Numbered from the stretch's first letter, positions 18,759 through 29,216 are shown. The stretch is DNA of 64,000 nt from an uncultured virus (IMG/VR IMGVR_UViG_3300031992_002320) (IMGVR_UViG_3300031992_002320); one strand, 5' to 3'. The notes: generated from the letters alone by a model not told the origin. A program made the numbers and translations.

Positions 18759-18785
18759 ATTGACTATGTTGAGGAGGTTGAGTAT

Positions 18786-20579
18786 ATGATTAGTGTTCTA
18801 ATTGGGCTTTCAGAGTCGAAGGCGGAGCAGATTCGTGGTGTCATTGGTAAGGACATGGAGTTCCACTCCTATCCGAATCTGAATGCCTTTTTTGCCGATT
18901 CGAAGCGTTTTCGTGAGCTTGATAAATTGTTCTTATGGGATTCGATTTCCGTGGGTACGAGGCCTGAGGTTTCAGATGCTTTAGCAAGGCTTGCTGGTAT
19001 CTGTGCAAATCTCTATCATGCCCCGGAGGTGTGTTTTGTTGAGCAGGATCGTTCGGCGTGTGCCTTTGTGCATGAGAATACTCTCAATGTTGAGCACCAT
19101 ATGATCGTGTGTTGTGGTGGGTTGAATGATATGATGCCCATCCTTGGTGCTTTCTTCACCAAGTCTTTGAGTAGTCTTGAGACTTCGGGAGTTATACATG
19201 GTGTTTATACTGCTGCCGATTATCAGAAGGATATGGAGGCCATAACTCTTACCGCGGATTTCGAGGGCATGGATGAGTTCGAGATGTCTGGTGGTAGTGG
19301 TGCTTCTGGTGGGGCTGATGCATTTGATCCGAATGACTTATTCGGTGGTGATGATGATTTTGGCAGTGCTGGTAGTGCTGCAACTGCAAGTGAGCCGGAT
19401 GAGTTTGATATGGCTGGTATGTTCGAGGATGTTCCGCCACAGGCTTCTGATGAGTCCGTTCCCGGTGGGGGTGCTGGTGGCTTCGATGAGTTCGATGCGG
19501 CCGATAATGGTCCTGCTGTTGGTGGTGGATTTGGTGGTGATGAGTTTGAGGTTACACAACAGCCTGTGTTTGAGGATGTGCCTCCGGTGAGTGCCGCGCC
19601 CGTTGGTGGGGATGAGTTCTCTGCTGTTGGGGCTTCTGCACAGCCGACTGAGATATCCTTTGATATGCCTACGGGTGAGGTACCGATGCAGGAGGAGGCT
19701 ACGGTCACCCCGGATCCTACCTCTCGTAGTGGCAAGGATTTGATGAAGGGCCTTAAGACTCTTACCCATTCACAGGGGCGTGCGATAGCGGTGTGTGGTA
19801 CGGCTGATTCGGGTACTACTACCGTTGCTTATAATATGGGTGTTGTTCTTGCCGGTTTGGGCTTTAGGGTTCTTCTGGTGGATCTTACGGGTAGTTCCCA
19901 CGGTTTGTCACAGATAAGCCTTGATGGTTTCCGTATGATTCCGTATGACAGCATGGTTGTTCGTAACCTTATTCAGGGTGGTCTTACCTCCATCGGTAAG
20001 CCTATGGTTGTTCGCAAGAACTTGGCCATAGCTTGTTGTGGTGTTGGTGTGGATCCATATAATGTGGCCGAGATTTATACTGAGCAGCAGTTGTACAAGG
20101 TTCACAATCAGTTGGCAAGTAAGTTTGATTTCATCATTTACGATATGGATCTGAAGGATGTGTTGAGCTTTTATAAGGGCTTTGCCGTTGTTGGTGATAC
20201 GGTATGTACCTTTAAGGGTTCCATGTCGGGTGCCATGCATATGATGTGTGAGTTTGGTAATGCGGATGACCTTGATACCTCCGAGCTTATCTTGCAGAGT
20301 GCGAGGTTCTTACCTACACAGGTAGTTGATGCTACTTGGTCTTTGGGAGGAGCCATCGTGCATGGTCGTAAGGTATCTCTTAAGGGTGTGGATACCATCC
20401 TTGATGAGATTCTCGGTGGTGAGAGTGATTTCGATTTCAATGCGGTTTCATTGTTACCCACATTCGTTTATGATCCGATGGTGGTGCGTAGTGAGTGCAC
20501 CAAGAAGGCTTATGTAGAGACTTCGAAGGATGCGATGAACTACTTTATGTCTGTTGTTGGGGAGGTCACAGGATGTTAA
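18786..20579 (+). CDS. ParA/MinD/CpaE-like P-loop protein with degenerate Walker A
   Basis: AIAVCGTADSGTTTVAYNMG...GFRVLLVDL and KFDFIIYD; N-terminal alpha/beta domain; long acidic DEF-rich linker. Confidence 0.7.
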   Translation: MISVLIGLSESKAEQIRGVIGKDMEFHSYPNLNAFFADSKRFRELDKLFLWDSISVGTRPEVSDALARLAGICANLYHAPEVCFVEQDRSACAFVHENTLNVEHHMIVCCGGLNDMMPILGAFFTKSLSSLETSGVIHGVYTAADYQKDMEAITLTADFEGMDEFEMSGGSGASGGADAFDPNDLFGGDDDFGSAGSAATASEPDEFDMAGMFEDVPPQASDESVPGGGAGGFDEFDAADNGPAVGGGFGGDEFEVTQQPVFEDVPPVSAAPVGGDEFSAVGASAQPTEISFDMPTGEVPMQEEATVTPDPTSRSGKDLMKGLKTLTHSQGRAIAVCGTADSGTTTVAYNMGVVLAGLGFRVLLVDLTGSSHGLSQISLDGFRMIPYDSMVVRNLIQGGLTSIGKPMVVRKNLAIACCGVGVDPYNVAEIYTEQQLYKVHNQLASKFDFIIYDMDLKDVLSFYKGFAVVGDTVCTFKGSMSGAMHMMCEFGNADDLDTSELILQSARFLPTQVVDATWSLGGAIVHGRKVSLKGVDTILDEILGGESDFDFNAVSLLPTFVYDPMVVRSECTKKAYVETSKDAMNYFMSVVGEVTGC

Positions 20580-21979
20580 TTCATAGTGATTTTGTATCTT
20601 CATGGCGTGATATTGGGGAGGTTGATGACACAGTTGTGTTTGACCTCTCTGGTGATGTTAGTGGGGATGATGAAGTTGGATATTTGGATCTCTTGGACGA
20701 GTTGATTCGTGAGGATGGGCTTCGTACATTCATCTTGGAGCATCCGGATGTAAATTATATGCTTTTGTTTGATGACAATTGTTCATTCAAGCTTAGTCCT
20801 TGGGCTGGGTATGCTCTGTGGTGTTTGTGGTACGAGTGTATTCTCAAGCAGAGACTCCATCTCGGCGGGATTAAGGTTCAGCGTGGCAATGATGTGTTGG
20901 ATTTGCCTTTGGCTGGGTTCAAGTTGTTCTTTGGGGACTTCTGTCGTGCCCTTATGTATTGTGTGAATGCCGGGGGTACTGAGGGGCTTATCGTTATGAG
21001 TCCTTTGGTTTATGGATCCCGTGAGACTCTTGATATCTTGAGTGGTTGCATCGTGGATGCTATGTCTGGTGGTGTTGCCATCGAGACCGAGGATTGGGGT
21101 GATAGTGCGAATGCTCGTAGCCTTGAGACCGAGGTCAGCCGCCTTGAGGATCAGTTGACTGGTTTGAAGTCTGATTATGAGAGCAAGGAGCGTGGTTACC
21201 TTGCGAAGATAGAATCGATGCAGAGGGAGCTTGAGGTGGCCACGAGCAGTCGTAGTGTCACGGTGTTCAGTGAGGCCTCTGGAACCCCTTATCACAGCCT
21301 GCAGTTTGGTTCTGTTATGGGTGTGCGTGTTGGTTCGGTTGTTTATATCAAGGAGCTTAGCAATGTCAGGGGTGTTAATTCCGCTTTGTGGGCTGCGATG
21401 TTCAAGCTCAGCCGTGTGAATGTTCCTTATCGTTTCATCATCTATGATTCAGATAGTTTCATTCAGGGTAGGTATGGTGATACCCCGGTATATAAGTTCT
21501 CTGATTTCAGTGCGAATGCGGAGATGATTCTTTCCAAGCCGGGATTTGTTATGCAGGATCCGGTTCTTGTACCTCTTGAGAGGTTGCTTCAGGAGGATGT
21601 GCGTGTGTTGTTCGTAATCGATAGACTCCATTATGCGGATGATATGATTATCGGTTCTGGTGTTGATCGTTATGTAACTGTCAACACGGGTGGTGATTAT
21701 GCCGCTGCAACTGGGGTTCTCGGTGTGAATGTGGATGAGATTATCACCACATCCGATTGTTCGGCTCTTGGTGCCAAGGATGTGCGTGAGCACTCTCATG
21801 CGATTATCTTGACCGAGAATAATATCTTGAAGCGTGACCGTACCAATCTTGGTATGGGGCATAAGGAGCTTGGTGATAATCCTTACTTCACTAAGGTTTG
21901 TGCGTCGATTATGAATCAGGGGCGTGCGAAGGGTAAATCCCTTGTTGATGTGTTCTTGAGTAGTGTTGGGGGTGTCTAA
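20573..21979 (+). CDS. Hypothetical protein with central coiled coil
   Basis: LETEVSRLEDQLTGLKSDYESKE...; start moved to ATG 20573 after GGAGG. Confidence 0.75.
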   Translation: MLIHSDFVSSWRDIGEVDDTVVFDLSGDVSGDDEVGYLDLLDELIREDGLRTFILEHPDVNYMLLFDDNCSFKLSPWAGYALWCLWYECILKQRLHLGGIKVQRGNDVLDLPLAGFKLFFGDFCRALMYCVNAGGTEGLIVMSPLVYGSRETLDILSGCIVDAMSGGVAIETEDWGDSANARSLETEVSRLEDQLTGLKSDYESKERGYLAKIESMQRELEVATSSRSVTVFSEASGTPYHSLQFGSVMGVRVGSVVYIKELSNVRGVNSALWAAMFKLSRVNVPYRFIIYDSDSFIQGRYGDTPVYKFSDFSANAEMILSKPGFVMQDPVLVPLERLLQEDVRVLFVIDRLHYADDMIIGSGVDRYVTVNTGGDYAAATGVLGVNVDEIITTSDCSALGAKDVREHSHAIILTENNILKRDRTNLGMGHKELGDNPYFTKVCASIMNQGRAKGKSLVDVFLSSVGGV

Positions 21980-23950
21980 TTGGGCCGTATTTTTAATCAT
22001 TTCAAGAGTATATTGGGTGTGTATGACCATCTGTTCAGTTCAAGGTTGTTGAGTGATACATCATCTCTGCACTCTTGTGCACCCGATCAGGTTGTTTTTG
22101 ATACCGGTGGCGTTTATACGTCATCGGTTGCTTCGCGTGTATATCTTTTGTTTGGTATTCCGGCGTCTGTTCCGCGTGGTTTCCTTGAGTTGTTTAGGAA
22201 TAAGTGTGTGGGCAGTACGGTTGTGGACTGTCATATCTTATGCAAGCCTTACACCATTGATTGGGGTTCTCATGAGATGCGTGCAAGGATGGCTGCATGG
22301 TCGGAGTTTTCCAAGGAGCATGAGGGTGGTGTGGATGTGTTCACCTATTACAACCACAAGGACGATATGGATACCCGTGCTCGTTTGATTGAGAGTACGA
22401 AGTTGTTTGAGTTTTATGATTTGAATAACCATCGTGCGGTTACCAATGTTGTTTATTGGTTGCGTGTGTGGGGGCCGAGTACCTTTGATGGTGTCAGTGA
22501 TTTGAACGAGAGTTGTCGAGGTATTATCGGGCTTGCGAATACGCTTGGTTTCCGTGTTGTTTCGGATGATTTGCGTGTTCGTGGGTGGTTGCGTGAGTTG
22601 TCACCGTTCTCGCGTGTTGAGGGCAATAAGCGTGATGCTCTGCCCGAGCGTATGGTGGTGGATGATATCATTGCTCATTCCGATGTTCAGCATCAGGGGC
22701 CTTTTGGTACGGATGGTACGGTTCTTGGTTTGGATGTTCTTTGTGGTTTGCCGGCGCTCTATCATTTCCGTAGGGAGCCGGATAGTCCCGAGGTTTGGCT
22801 TGTAGCTGGTAAGACTGGTTCTGGTAAGTCTTATTGGGGCAAGGATAAAATCATACAGTTTATGGGCTTGGGGTATCAGGTTTGTGTAGCCGATTATGAG
22901 GGTGATGAGTATACTCCGTTGGCTGATTATATGCGTGGTGTGAAGCCGGGAAGTGTTGAGGTTATCGACATGAGTCCGGGTTCTGGTGTTTATTTTGATC
23001 CGAGTATCATTGCGGAGCCTACGGGTGCGAAGGAGCTTGATTCGAGGGCTAAGGCGGATGCTGAGTCCTTTATCACGGCCATCTTTGTTACTCTGATTGC
23101 CGAGAATGGGGACATTTCGGTTGAGGCTCACCGTGTTCTTCAGATGGCTATTGAGCGTATGTATGACTGTGTGGGTGTTACGGATGATCCATCCACTTGG
23201 AGCAATTCTCGTAGGGCCTCTCTCCGTGGTGTGTATGATGAGCTTTCGGTCATGGTTGAGTTTGGTGAGTTTGCGAATGGTGTAGATGATGCCAAGCATG
23301 CCGCGGCGGTTCAGATGCATGATGCTTTGGCTGTTCATTTTGAGGCTGGTGAGAGTAGTGTGTTCCGTAAGAGTATTGATATTGATTCTCTTTATGGGGC
23401 GGAGTTGGTTGTTTTCTCATTTGGTATGCGTGGTCGTGATCCGGGTTCTGCGGGTAAGCGTCTTTTGGCGGTTAAGCAGTTGTGTGTTGCGTATGTCAAT
23501 AATCTGCTCAGTAACTATGGCAAGTATGTTCGTCATACCTTTAATGTCAAGATCTGGGAGGAGTTTCAGCGTTGGGGCCGTCAGGCGGGTTCTGGTACTG
23601 TAATCCTTGATTCCGTTACTGGTGGTCGTAAGCGTGGTAACATCGATTTCATTTTGACCAATGATTTACAGGCTTTGATGGCGGATGATGGCGTTGTTGG
23701 TGCTCTCCGTCAGAATATTACGGCGTATGCTTTGGGTAAGTTGGATCCTACGGTTCAGGATACCTTTATGGATAATTTCAAATTGCGTGTGCTTGCGGGT
23801 GATTTGGAGAGAGTTGGACAAGGTAAGGGTGCATATAATCATAGTTTCTGTGTGTATATCAGTAACATCAATATGTGTACCGTGGTTCGTACTGAGCTGT
23901 CCAATGTTATTGTTGAGAGTGGTATTTTCAATACGGGGGTACGGAGTTAA
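21980..23950 (+). CDS. VirB4/TraE-like conjugative ATPase
   Basis: Walker A VAGKTGSGKS, VADYEGDEY, helical insertion, Walker B-like KIWEEF, GRKRG arginine motif. Confidence 0.75.
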   Translation: MGRIFNHFKSILGVYDHLFSSRLLSDTSSLHSCAPDQVVFDTGGVYTSSVASRVYLLFGIPASVPRGFLELFRNKCVGSTVVDCHILCKPYTIDWGSHEMRARMAAWSEFSKEHEGGVDVFTYYNHKDDMDTRARLIESTKLFEFYDLNNHRAVTNVVYWLRVWGPSTFDGVSDLNESCRGIIGLANTLGFRVVSDDLRVRGWLRELSPFSRVEGNKRDALPERMVVDDIIAHSDVQHQGPFGTDGTVLGLDVLCGLPALYHFRREPDSPEVWLVAGKTGSGKSYWGKDKIIQFMGLGYQVCVADYEGDEYTPLADYMRGVKPGSVEVIDMSPGSGVYFDPSIIAEPTGAKELDSRAKADAESFITAIFVTLIAENGDISVEAHRVLQMAIERMYDCVGVTDDPSTWSNSRRASLRGVYDELSVMVEFGEFANGVDDAKHAAAVQMHDALAVHFEAGESSVFRKSIDIDSLYGAELVVFSFGMRGRDPGSAGKRLLAVKQLCVAYVNNLLSNYGKYVRHTFNVKIWEEFQRWGRQAGSGTVILDSVTGGRKRGNIDFILTNDLQALMADDGVVGALRQNITAYALGKLDPTVQDTFMDNFKLRVLAGDLERVGQGKGAYNHSFCVYISNINMCTVVRTELSNVIVESGIFNTGVRS

Positions 23951-24144
23951 TGCTTTATGGTGTTTTGATTGGTATAGGGCTTATGATTATAGGGCTCTGT
24001 TTTCGATTTAGATTCTATGCTGATGATGAGTCGAGGGCAAATGTGGCGAGTGGTTTGGGTGTGTTCATCGGGACCTTTGCCGTTCTTGCGATTATTGCCA
24101 TCGGTATTAGGGTTGTGACTTGGTTATTGGGAGGTGCTGCATAG
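23950..24144 (+). CDS. Small two-TM membrane protein
   Basis: 64 aa, two hydrophobic helices, translationally coupled on both sides. Confidence 0.65.
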   Translation: MLYGVLIGIGLMIIGLCFRFRFYADDESRANVASGLGVFIGTFAVLAIIAIGIRVVTWLLGGAA

Positions 24145-26459
24145 TGGCTAATGCTTTTGGTGGTGGTAATTCAACGACACGAGCAGGGTATGGTCCTTCA
24201 GATATGGCTAACGGTTCGAATGTTCTGCAGGGGGCTGCTGGACCGTCAATGTGGGGTGGTATGCCGGGAGGTGCACCACCTACTTCATCTAATGCTGGTG
24301 GTGTGCCGGGTGGTCAGTCGCAGGCAGGTCAGCCGATGGGACTCAATGATATTATGGGTGCCGTAGGTGGGAGTCCTATGGGTGGCAATCAGATGGGTAT
24401 GAATCCTATGGGTGGTATGATGGGCCAGCAGATGGGTGGCATGAATGGTGCTGTTGCTGGTGATGAGGGGATGTATTCGGATGTCGATGTCGGTGGTGAC
24501 GGGATTGGTGATGCGATCCTCAAGTATTATTTTGATGCTCTCAAGTCATTTCTTACTGGTTTCGGGGGGATTCTCAAGGGTGTAATGAGTGGTTTATTCA
24601 CGCAGATTCCTTTGTGTGAGCTCGGTGGTGTGTGGGTATTCTGGCTCATTTTTGGTGTTGTCCTTGTCGTTGGTGGTTTCATTGCGTGGTTGTTTTCAGG
24701 TCATGCTCTTTGGGCCTCAATGATAATCGGGGCCGGTTTTGCACACATTGGTGGTGGTGTGATTTTCGGTACTTATGTGACTATTCTTCTTACTCAGGGT
24801 GCTACGCATTTCTTGAGTGGGGGGAATGTTATGGATAGTGTGGAGATTCAGACTATGATGTCTGATTTCGATAATTTGAGTGATGGTTCTGCCGAGGATG
24901 AGGGTGCTGCTGATTCAGTGCCGGAGGCTTCCGACGAGGATTTGAGAGGTTTCAATGTTCTTGATGATATGGGACCGTCAGCGGAGGCTGCGGTTTCTTC
25001 TGTTCCTACTGGTGGAGGTCAGACGGCGGATCAGGCGGCTCAGCATCAGGAGGCCGCTTCTCAATCTCTTGATGAGATTAACAGTTTGGCAAGTCTTACT
25101 GGTTACGGGGCGTTGTTCAAGATTGCATTGGATGTTCTCCCGGTGGGTGTTAAGGATTTCACGAATAAGATTGTCATTGAGCCCGAGTCACAGATTTGGA
25201 AGGGGCTTGAGGCGGCTGTCATTAAGGCCATCCGTGCGGTGACTGGTTTGGCGGTTGATGATATCAGTTCTTCCTTGGTTTCCTTGGAGCGTATCCATAA
25301 TATTTACACGATGCGAGTTACTCGTACTCTTAAACTCCACACAGCGGCACAGCTTAAGGAGTTTGATGATGAGCTTTCATCCTTTATTGCGGGCAAGCAG
25401 GAGGGTGGAGCTGCAATGGTTGTAGGTAAGACTAATAATGCACCCGTTTGTTCTACAGTTACACAGGGTGAATACTATGTCATAAGTGTTCGTATGCAGA
25501 ATGGTGGGGTTATTCTCCTTGGTGATGTTTATCGTACCAAGGAGTTTCAGGAGTTTATGCAAAGTGGGGCCAAGATGCCTATCTGCCTTGGTATCAATGC
25601 TGCGGGTAGTATGTGTTTCTATGATGCGAAGATGGATACCTCGGTTATGCTCTGTGGTCAGACTCGTTCCGGTAAGTCTTGGTTCGTGACTTACTATCTG
25701 CTCAACTTTATGTTGCTTAAGAGTCCGATGGAGTTTCAGGCGGTGATTGTGGATCCGAAGAATACTGCGTTGCTTCGTACATTGAGTTTGATGCCGCATG
25801 TTATGGGTTATCATGTGGTTTCACAGGGAGATACGGTGGATAAGATGCTTATGCTTCTTTCCGAGTTTGTTGAGGTTGAGGGTGAGCGTCGTAAGAAGCT
25901 TCTTCTCGATGCCGGTGTGGATAACTACTGGGATTACATTGCCAAGTTTGGCAAGGAGAGTTTGCCTCAGTTGTTGTTCTTCATTGATGAGTTTGCCTCT
26001 GTTGTGGCCGAGTTCAATGAGTGTGATAAGGAGAAGCAGGCGCGTTGGAACAATCTCTTGAAGGTTTTGGTTACACAGTTCCCGGCATTTGGCATGAGGT
26101 TTATGATTGTGCCTCACCGTGTGCTCCGTACTGTTGATCCTACTTTTCGTGATTTGGTTAAGTTCAAGGCTACGTTCTGTTCTGATGAGACCTTGTCGAC
26201 TGGTAACCTCGGTGTGAAGAAGGTTAATATGACGCTTACATCGCCGGGTGATATGGCTTGGATCAGTGATTTGCAGAGAGATCCTATGTACACTCATGGT
26301 ATGGGTGTTGCTGTGGATGATGACATCACCAAGCGAGTCATCAAGAATCTTGCCAAGGCTTGTTATCGTATGGAGCTTGAGGTTCCGGAGATGAAGAAGT
26401 TCATGAAGCATTGTTGCAATCGTAATGAGGTTGAGGTTGTTAAGCAGTTGAAGGGCTAA
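24144..26459 (+). CDS. FtsK/SpoIIIE-family membrane ATPase (TcpA-like coupling protein candidate)
   Basis: Two TM helices; PICLG, CGQTRSGKS, IVDPK, FFIDEF, PGD; no C-terminal gamma domain; GTG start 24144 after GGAGG. Confidence 0.85.
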   Translation: MANAFGGGNSTTRAGYGPSDMANGSNVLQGAAGPSMWGGMPGGAPPTSSNAGGVPGGQSQAGQPMGLNDIMGAVGGSPMGGNQMGMNPMGGMMGQQMGGMNGAVAGDEGMYSDVDVGGDGIGDAILKYYFDALKSFLTGFGGILKGVMSGLFTQIPLCELGGVWVFWLIFGVVLVVGGFIAWLFSGHALWASMIIGAGFAHIGGGVIFGTYVTILLTQGATHFLSGGNVMDSVEIQTMMSDFDNLSDGSAEDEGAADSVPEASDEDLRGFNVLDDMGPSAEAAVSSVPTGGGQTADQAAQHQEAASQSLDEINSLASLTGYGALFKIALDVLPVGVKDFTNKIVIEPESQIWKGLEAAVIKAIRAVTGLAVDDISSSLVSLERIHNIYTMRVTRTLKLHTAAQLKEFDDELSSFIAGKQEGGAAMVVGKTNNAPVCSTVTQGEYYVISVRMQNGGVILLGDVYRTKEFQEFMQSGAKMPICLGINAAGSMCFYDAKMDTSVMLCGQTRSGKSWFVTYYLLNFMLLKSPMEFQAVIVDPKNTALLRTLSLMPHVMGYHVVSQGDTVDKMLMLLSEFVEVEGERRKKLLLDAGVDNYWDYIAKFGKESLPQLLFFIDEFASVVAEFNECDKEKQARWNNLLKVLVTQFPAFGMRFMIVPHRVLRTVDPTFRDLVKFKATFCSDETLSTGNLGVKKVNMTLTSPGDMAWISDLQRDPMYTHGMGVAVDDDITKRVIKNLAKACYRMELEVPEMKKFMKHCCNRNEVEVVKQLKG

Positions 26460-26470
26460 GGAGGTTTGTT

Positions 26471-26848
26471 ATGGATGCTTCTTTGAAGAAGATGGTCAGG
26501 GAGCTGGTGTTGAGAGGTCTTACCCTTGTTGATTATGGTTGGTCTGATGTTCGTAAGGGACAGGTGCAGGATATGAGTTTTAAGTATAAGGTCGATGATA
26601 ATCCCGATGTCCATGAGATTGAGCTTGGAGATGTGGATGTGGATCTCTACGAGGATTGTGGGGATGTCTGTGTGGATTTCGGGGATAACTTGTATATGCT
26701 GGATCCTATGGGTACTGGTGTTGTGGACTTCTTCGAGGATTTCGAGGCTGATAAGCCGGGAATTCAGCTTAAGGATATCGAGCCCATTCATATCGAGTTT
26801 GATGTGGATGAGTTCTATTCCAAGTTAATGGATTACTACGAGTATTGA
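26471..26848 (+). CDS. Small acidic hypothetical protein
   Basis: AGGAGG RBS; 125 aa, Asp-rich. Confidence 0.75.
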   Translation: MDASLKKMVRELVLRGLTLVDYGWSDVRKGQVQDMSFKYKVDDNPDVHEIELGDVDVDLYEDCGDVCVDFGDNLYMLDPMGTGVVDFFEDFEADKPGIQLKDIEPIHIEFDVDEFYSKLMDYYEY

Positions 26849-26931
26849 TGTGTGTTGCATAGTGGTACTCGTGATGTATTTTGTTGTATCTATAATGGGC
26901 TTATTGTGAGTCCTTTGTGTGGAGGTGTTTT

Positions 26932-29160
26932 ATGAAATTTAGGCGTTTGATGCGTGGGGGTGTGGTACCCGTAGTCTTGTCGATGTCCTTGCTCTTATCT
27001 GGGTGTGGGGTTTCGTATAAGGACACAACACCACAGAGTGCTTTTATGTCTCGATATGAGGCGTTGAATAATGGTAATCTTTCGGCTGGTGACGATGGTT
27101 GGCACAGGACCTTTGCTACGCAGTCTCTTGGGCTTAAGCCATATACAGGGGATACTACAGACTTGGATAACTATGTAGGTCTCTTGGAGGGTTTGCTCGC
27201 TGGAGAGGATGCCAACCTCAGTTCGCTTGTTATGGCTGACAGTGTAGCGGAGAGTTTCCGTTATATCTTGGATCGTTTCAAGCTCACAAATGGTACCACT
27301 GTGTCTTATGAGTGTGTGGGTGATATCTACAGAGTTACACGAACCTATGATGGTAGTAAGTGTACTCAGATGGAGTTCCCGGATGGCATCGAGTATTGTG
27401 CATTGCCGGGTTATTACAGACAGTTGGCTGATGGTCGTTGGTATCGTGATGACCTTATGGCGGTTCTCTGTGTGGGTGCCATGAATGCTTACTGTGTGGA
27501 AAATCAGATCACGAAGCAGTTCTCCTTTGATGTGGAGACTGGTTCTTTGTTGATTACGGATGGTGTTCCGCGTGAGGTTTCCATTCAGCTTCGTGCTGAT
27601 GGTCGTGGTTTCATCTATGATGGTCAGGAGGTTGAGGTTCAGACCACAATCGATATCACTGATTTCATCACGGTTGTGGATGATGGTGCTGATGAAGGCG
27701 AGGAGGGTGATTCAGCCTCTGAAGATGAGGCTGATGTTGCCGATGCTGATGATGGTGGTACCGATGGTGGAACAGGATCTGATATCTCTATGGGTGTAAC
27801 AGACCTCGTAGAGCTTTCTTATGATGATTATAAGGCTTTCATCAATAAGGTTACCGATAGTGGTGGTACGGTGTTGAATACCTTTAAGGATATTCCGGTT
27901 GATGAGCGTATACCTGAGGATTCAAGGCTTACTGTTCCTATCAGTGCGATTTTGGATGTTGTAGGTATTCCGAGTGGTTCTATTAGTACCGCGAATACTG
28001 ACATCTTCGATGAGGTTGATAGTTTCGGTGGTAGGGGTTGTGTTGCTGGGGCTGGTACCTATGCAATCGATTCTCTTGTGAAGGGTGCTTATTCACCCGA
28101 TGCCAAGGTGGTAGTTGACTATTATCTCCGCCGTACCGATTCTGGTTTCGAGACTATCGGTGTTCTCGTTAATGGTTATGACTGTGGTGTTGCTCAGACC
28201 ATTGATAATATGGATTCTGTAGCTTGTTCTGGTGTTGTGTGGGATGCCATCAGAGAGATTTGTATGGAGAGTGACAGGGCATTTACAAACCTCGATTTGA
28301 TTTCCATCGGTGATGGTAGTATCTACTTGGACAAGGGTTATCTTGCTAAGGCCGTCTTTGGTAAAGAGGGTATGATAATGCGTGAGACTCTCACCACACC
28401 TCAGAGGGTTATCGCCTTTGATTCGGCTACTGCGACTTATGTTGTTGCGGCGGACAGAACATTCGCTTCTTGTGATATGGATGGTGGTTGTGTAGGCCGT
28501 TATTCCGAGGATATGCTTATTGCTATCCGTTTCTTTGATGACGGACCTCGTATCGTTGATGAGTATGGGTATGATTTCAATCTCGTTGGTGATCCTTACA
28601 TAAGTATCATGAGTTATGCTGATATCGTTGATGAGGGACTTTGGAGATATTCTGCAGAGGTTGATGATGAGGCCAAGGAGGGTATCAAGGAGCTTCTTAC
28701 CATCTTCTATCAGGCTCAGAATGATAAGGTTATGTCGGTTTCCACTGCCGAGGATGCGGAGAGGCTTGGATATTCTCTTGGTATCAAGACCGTGTTCCTT
28801 GATGGTGATCCATTACTTTCTGCGGATCAGCGTGATTTGTTCGTAGATCACATAGTTGATCGTATTACATACAGTGGTGGCAAGAGTGTGGTTGCTGGTA
28901 ACATCGTTTCCTATATGGGCTCTACTGGAACCTATGTGGATGTTATGGTTGATGATACCTATGATTACGGCACATTCAGTATTACGGATACCGTGGTTTA
29001 CTCGTTTGTGAACACTGCCGAGGGTTGGCGTATCTGTGATATGGATATTATTAACACCGAGAAGGTGTTCCGTGATGGTACGGTTGCGGCTTCTACTGGT
29101 ACGGGTACTGCATCGCAGAATGCGGCGCCCGAGGCCACAGAGTCACCCGAAGGTAACTAA
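26932..29160 (+). CDS. Large lipoprotein, possible NTF2-like (VirB8/TcpC-like) C-terminal domains
   Basis: Lipobox LSGC; C-terminal strands ending DDGPRIVD and AEGWRICD; fold is inference. Confidence 0.65.
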   Translation: MKFRRLMRGGVVPVVLSMSLLLSGCGVSYKDTTPQSAFMSRYEALNNGNLSAGDDGWHRTFATQSLGLKPYTGDTTDLDNYVGLLEGLLAGEDANLSSLVMADSVAESFRYILDRFKLTNGTTVSYECVGDIYRVTRTYDGSKCTQMEFPDGIEYCALPGYYRQLADGRWYRDDLMAVLCVGAMNAYCVENQITKQFSFDVETGSLLITDGVPREVSIQLRADGRGFIYDGQEVEVQTTIDITDFITVVDDGADEGEEGDSASEDEADVADADDGGTDGGTGSDISMGVTDLVELSYDDYKAFINKVTDSGGTVLNTFKDIPVDERIPEDSRLTVPISAILDVVGIPSGSISTANTDIFDEVDSFGGRGCVAGAGTYAIDSLVKGAYSPDAKVVVDYYLRRTDSGFETIGVLVNGYDCGVAQTIDNMDSVACSGVVWDAIREICMESDRAFTNLDLISIGDGSIYLDKGYLAKAVFGKEGMIMRETLTTPQRVIAFDSATATYVVAADRTFASCDMDGGCVGRYSEDMLIAIRFFDDGPRIVDEYGYDFNLVGDPYISIMSYADIVDEGLWRYSAEVDDEAKEGIKELLTIFYQAQNDKVMSVSTAEDAERLGYSLGIKTVFLDGDPLLSADQRDLFVDHIVDRITYSGGKSVVAGNIVSYMGSTGTYVDVMVDDTYDYGTFSITDTVVYSFVNTAEGWRICDMDIINTEKVFRDGTVAASTGTGTASQNAAPEATESPEGN

Positions 29161-29216
29161 TGTGACTACCGTGTGAGACGGTTTAATCTATCTTGATGAT
29201 TTGGAGGGTTTGAGAT

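Noticed and set aside
24144..26459. Type VII secretion EssC or chromosomal FtsK
   Set aside because: Single ATPase domain, no FHA domains, no WXG100 gene recognised, no gamma domain
26868..26896. Sigma-A promoter at TATAAT 26891-26896
   Set aside because: No credible -35 or extended -10 at the right spacing; plausible but unsupported
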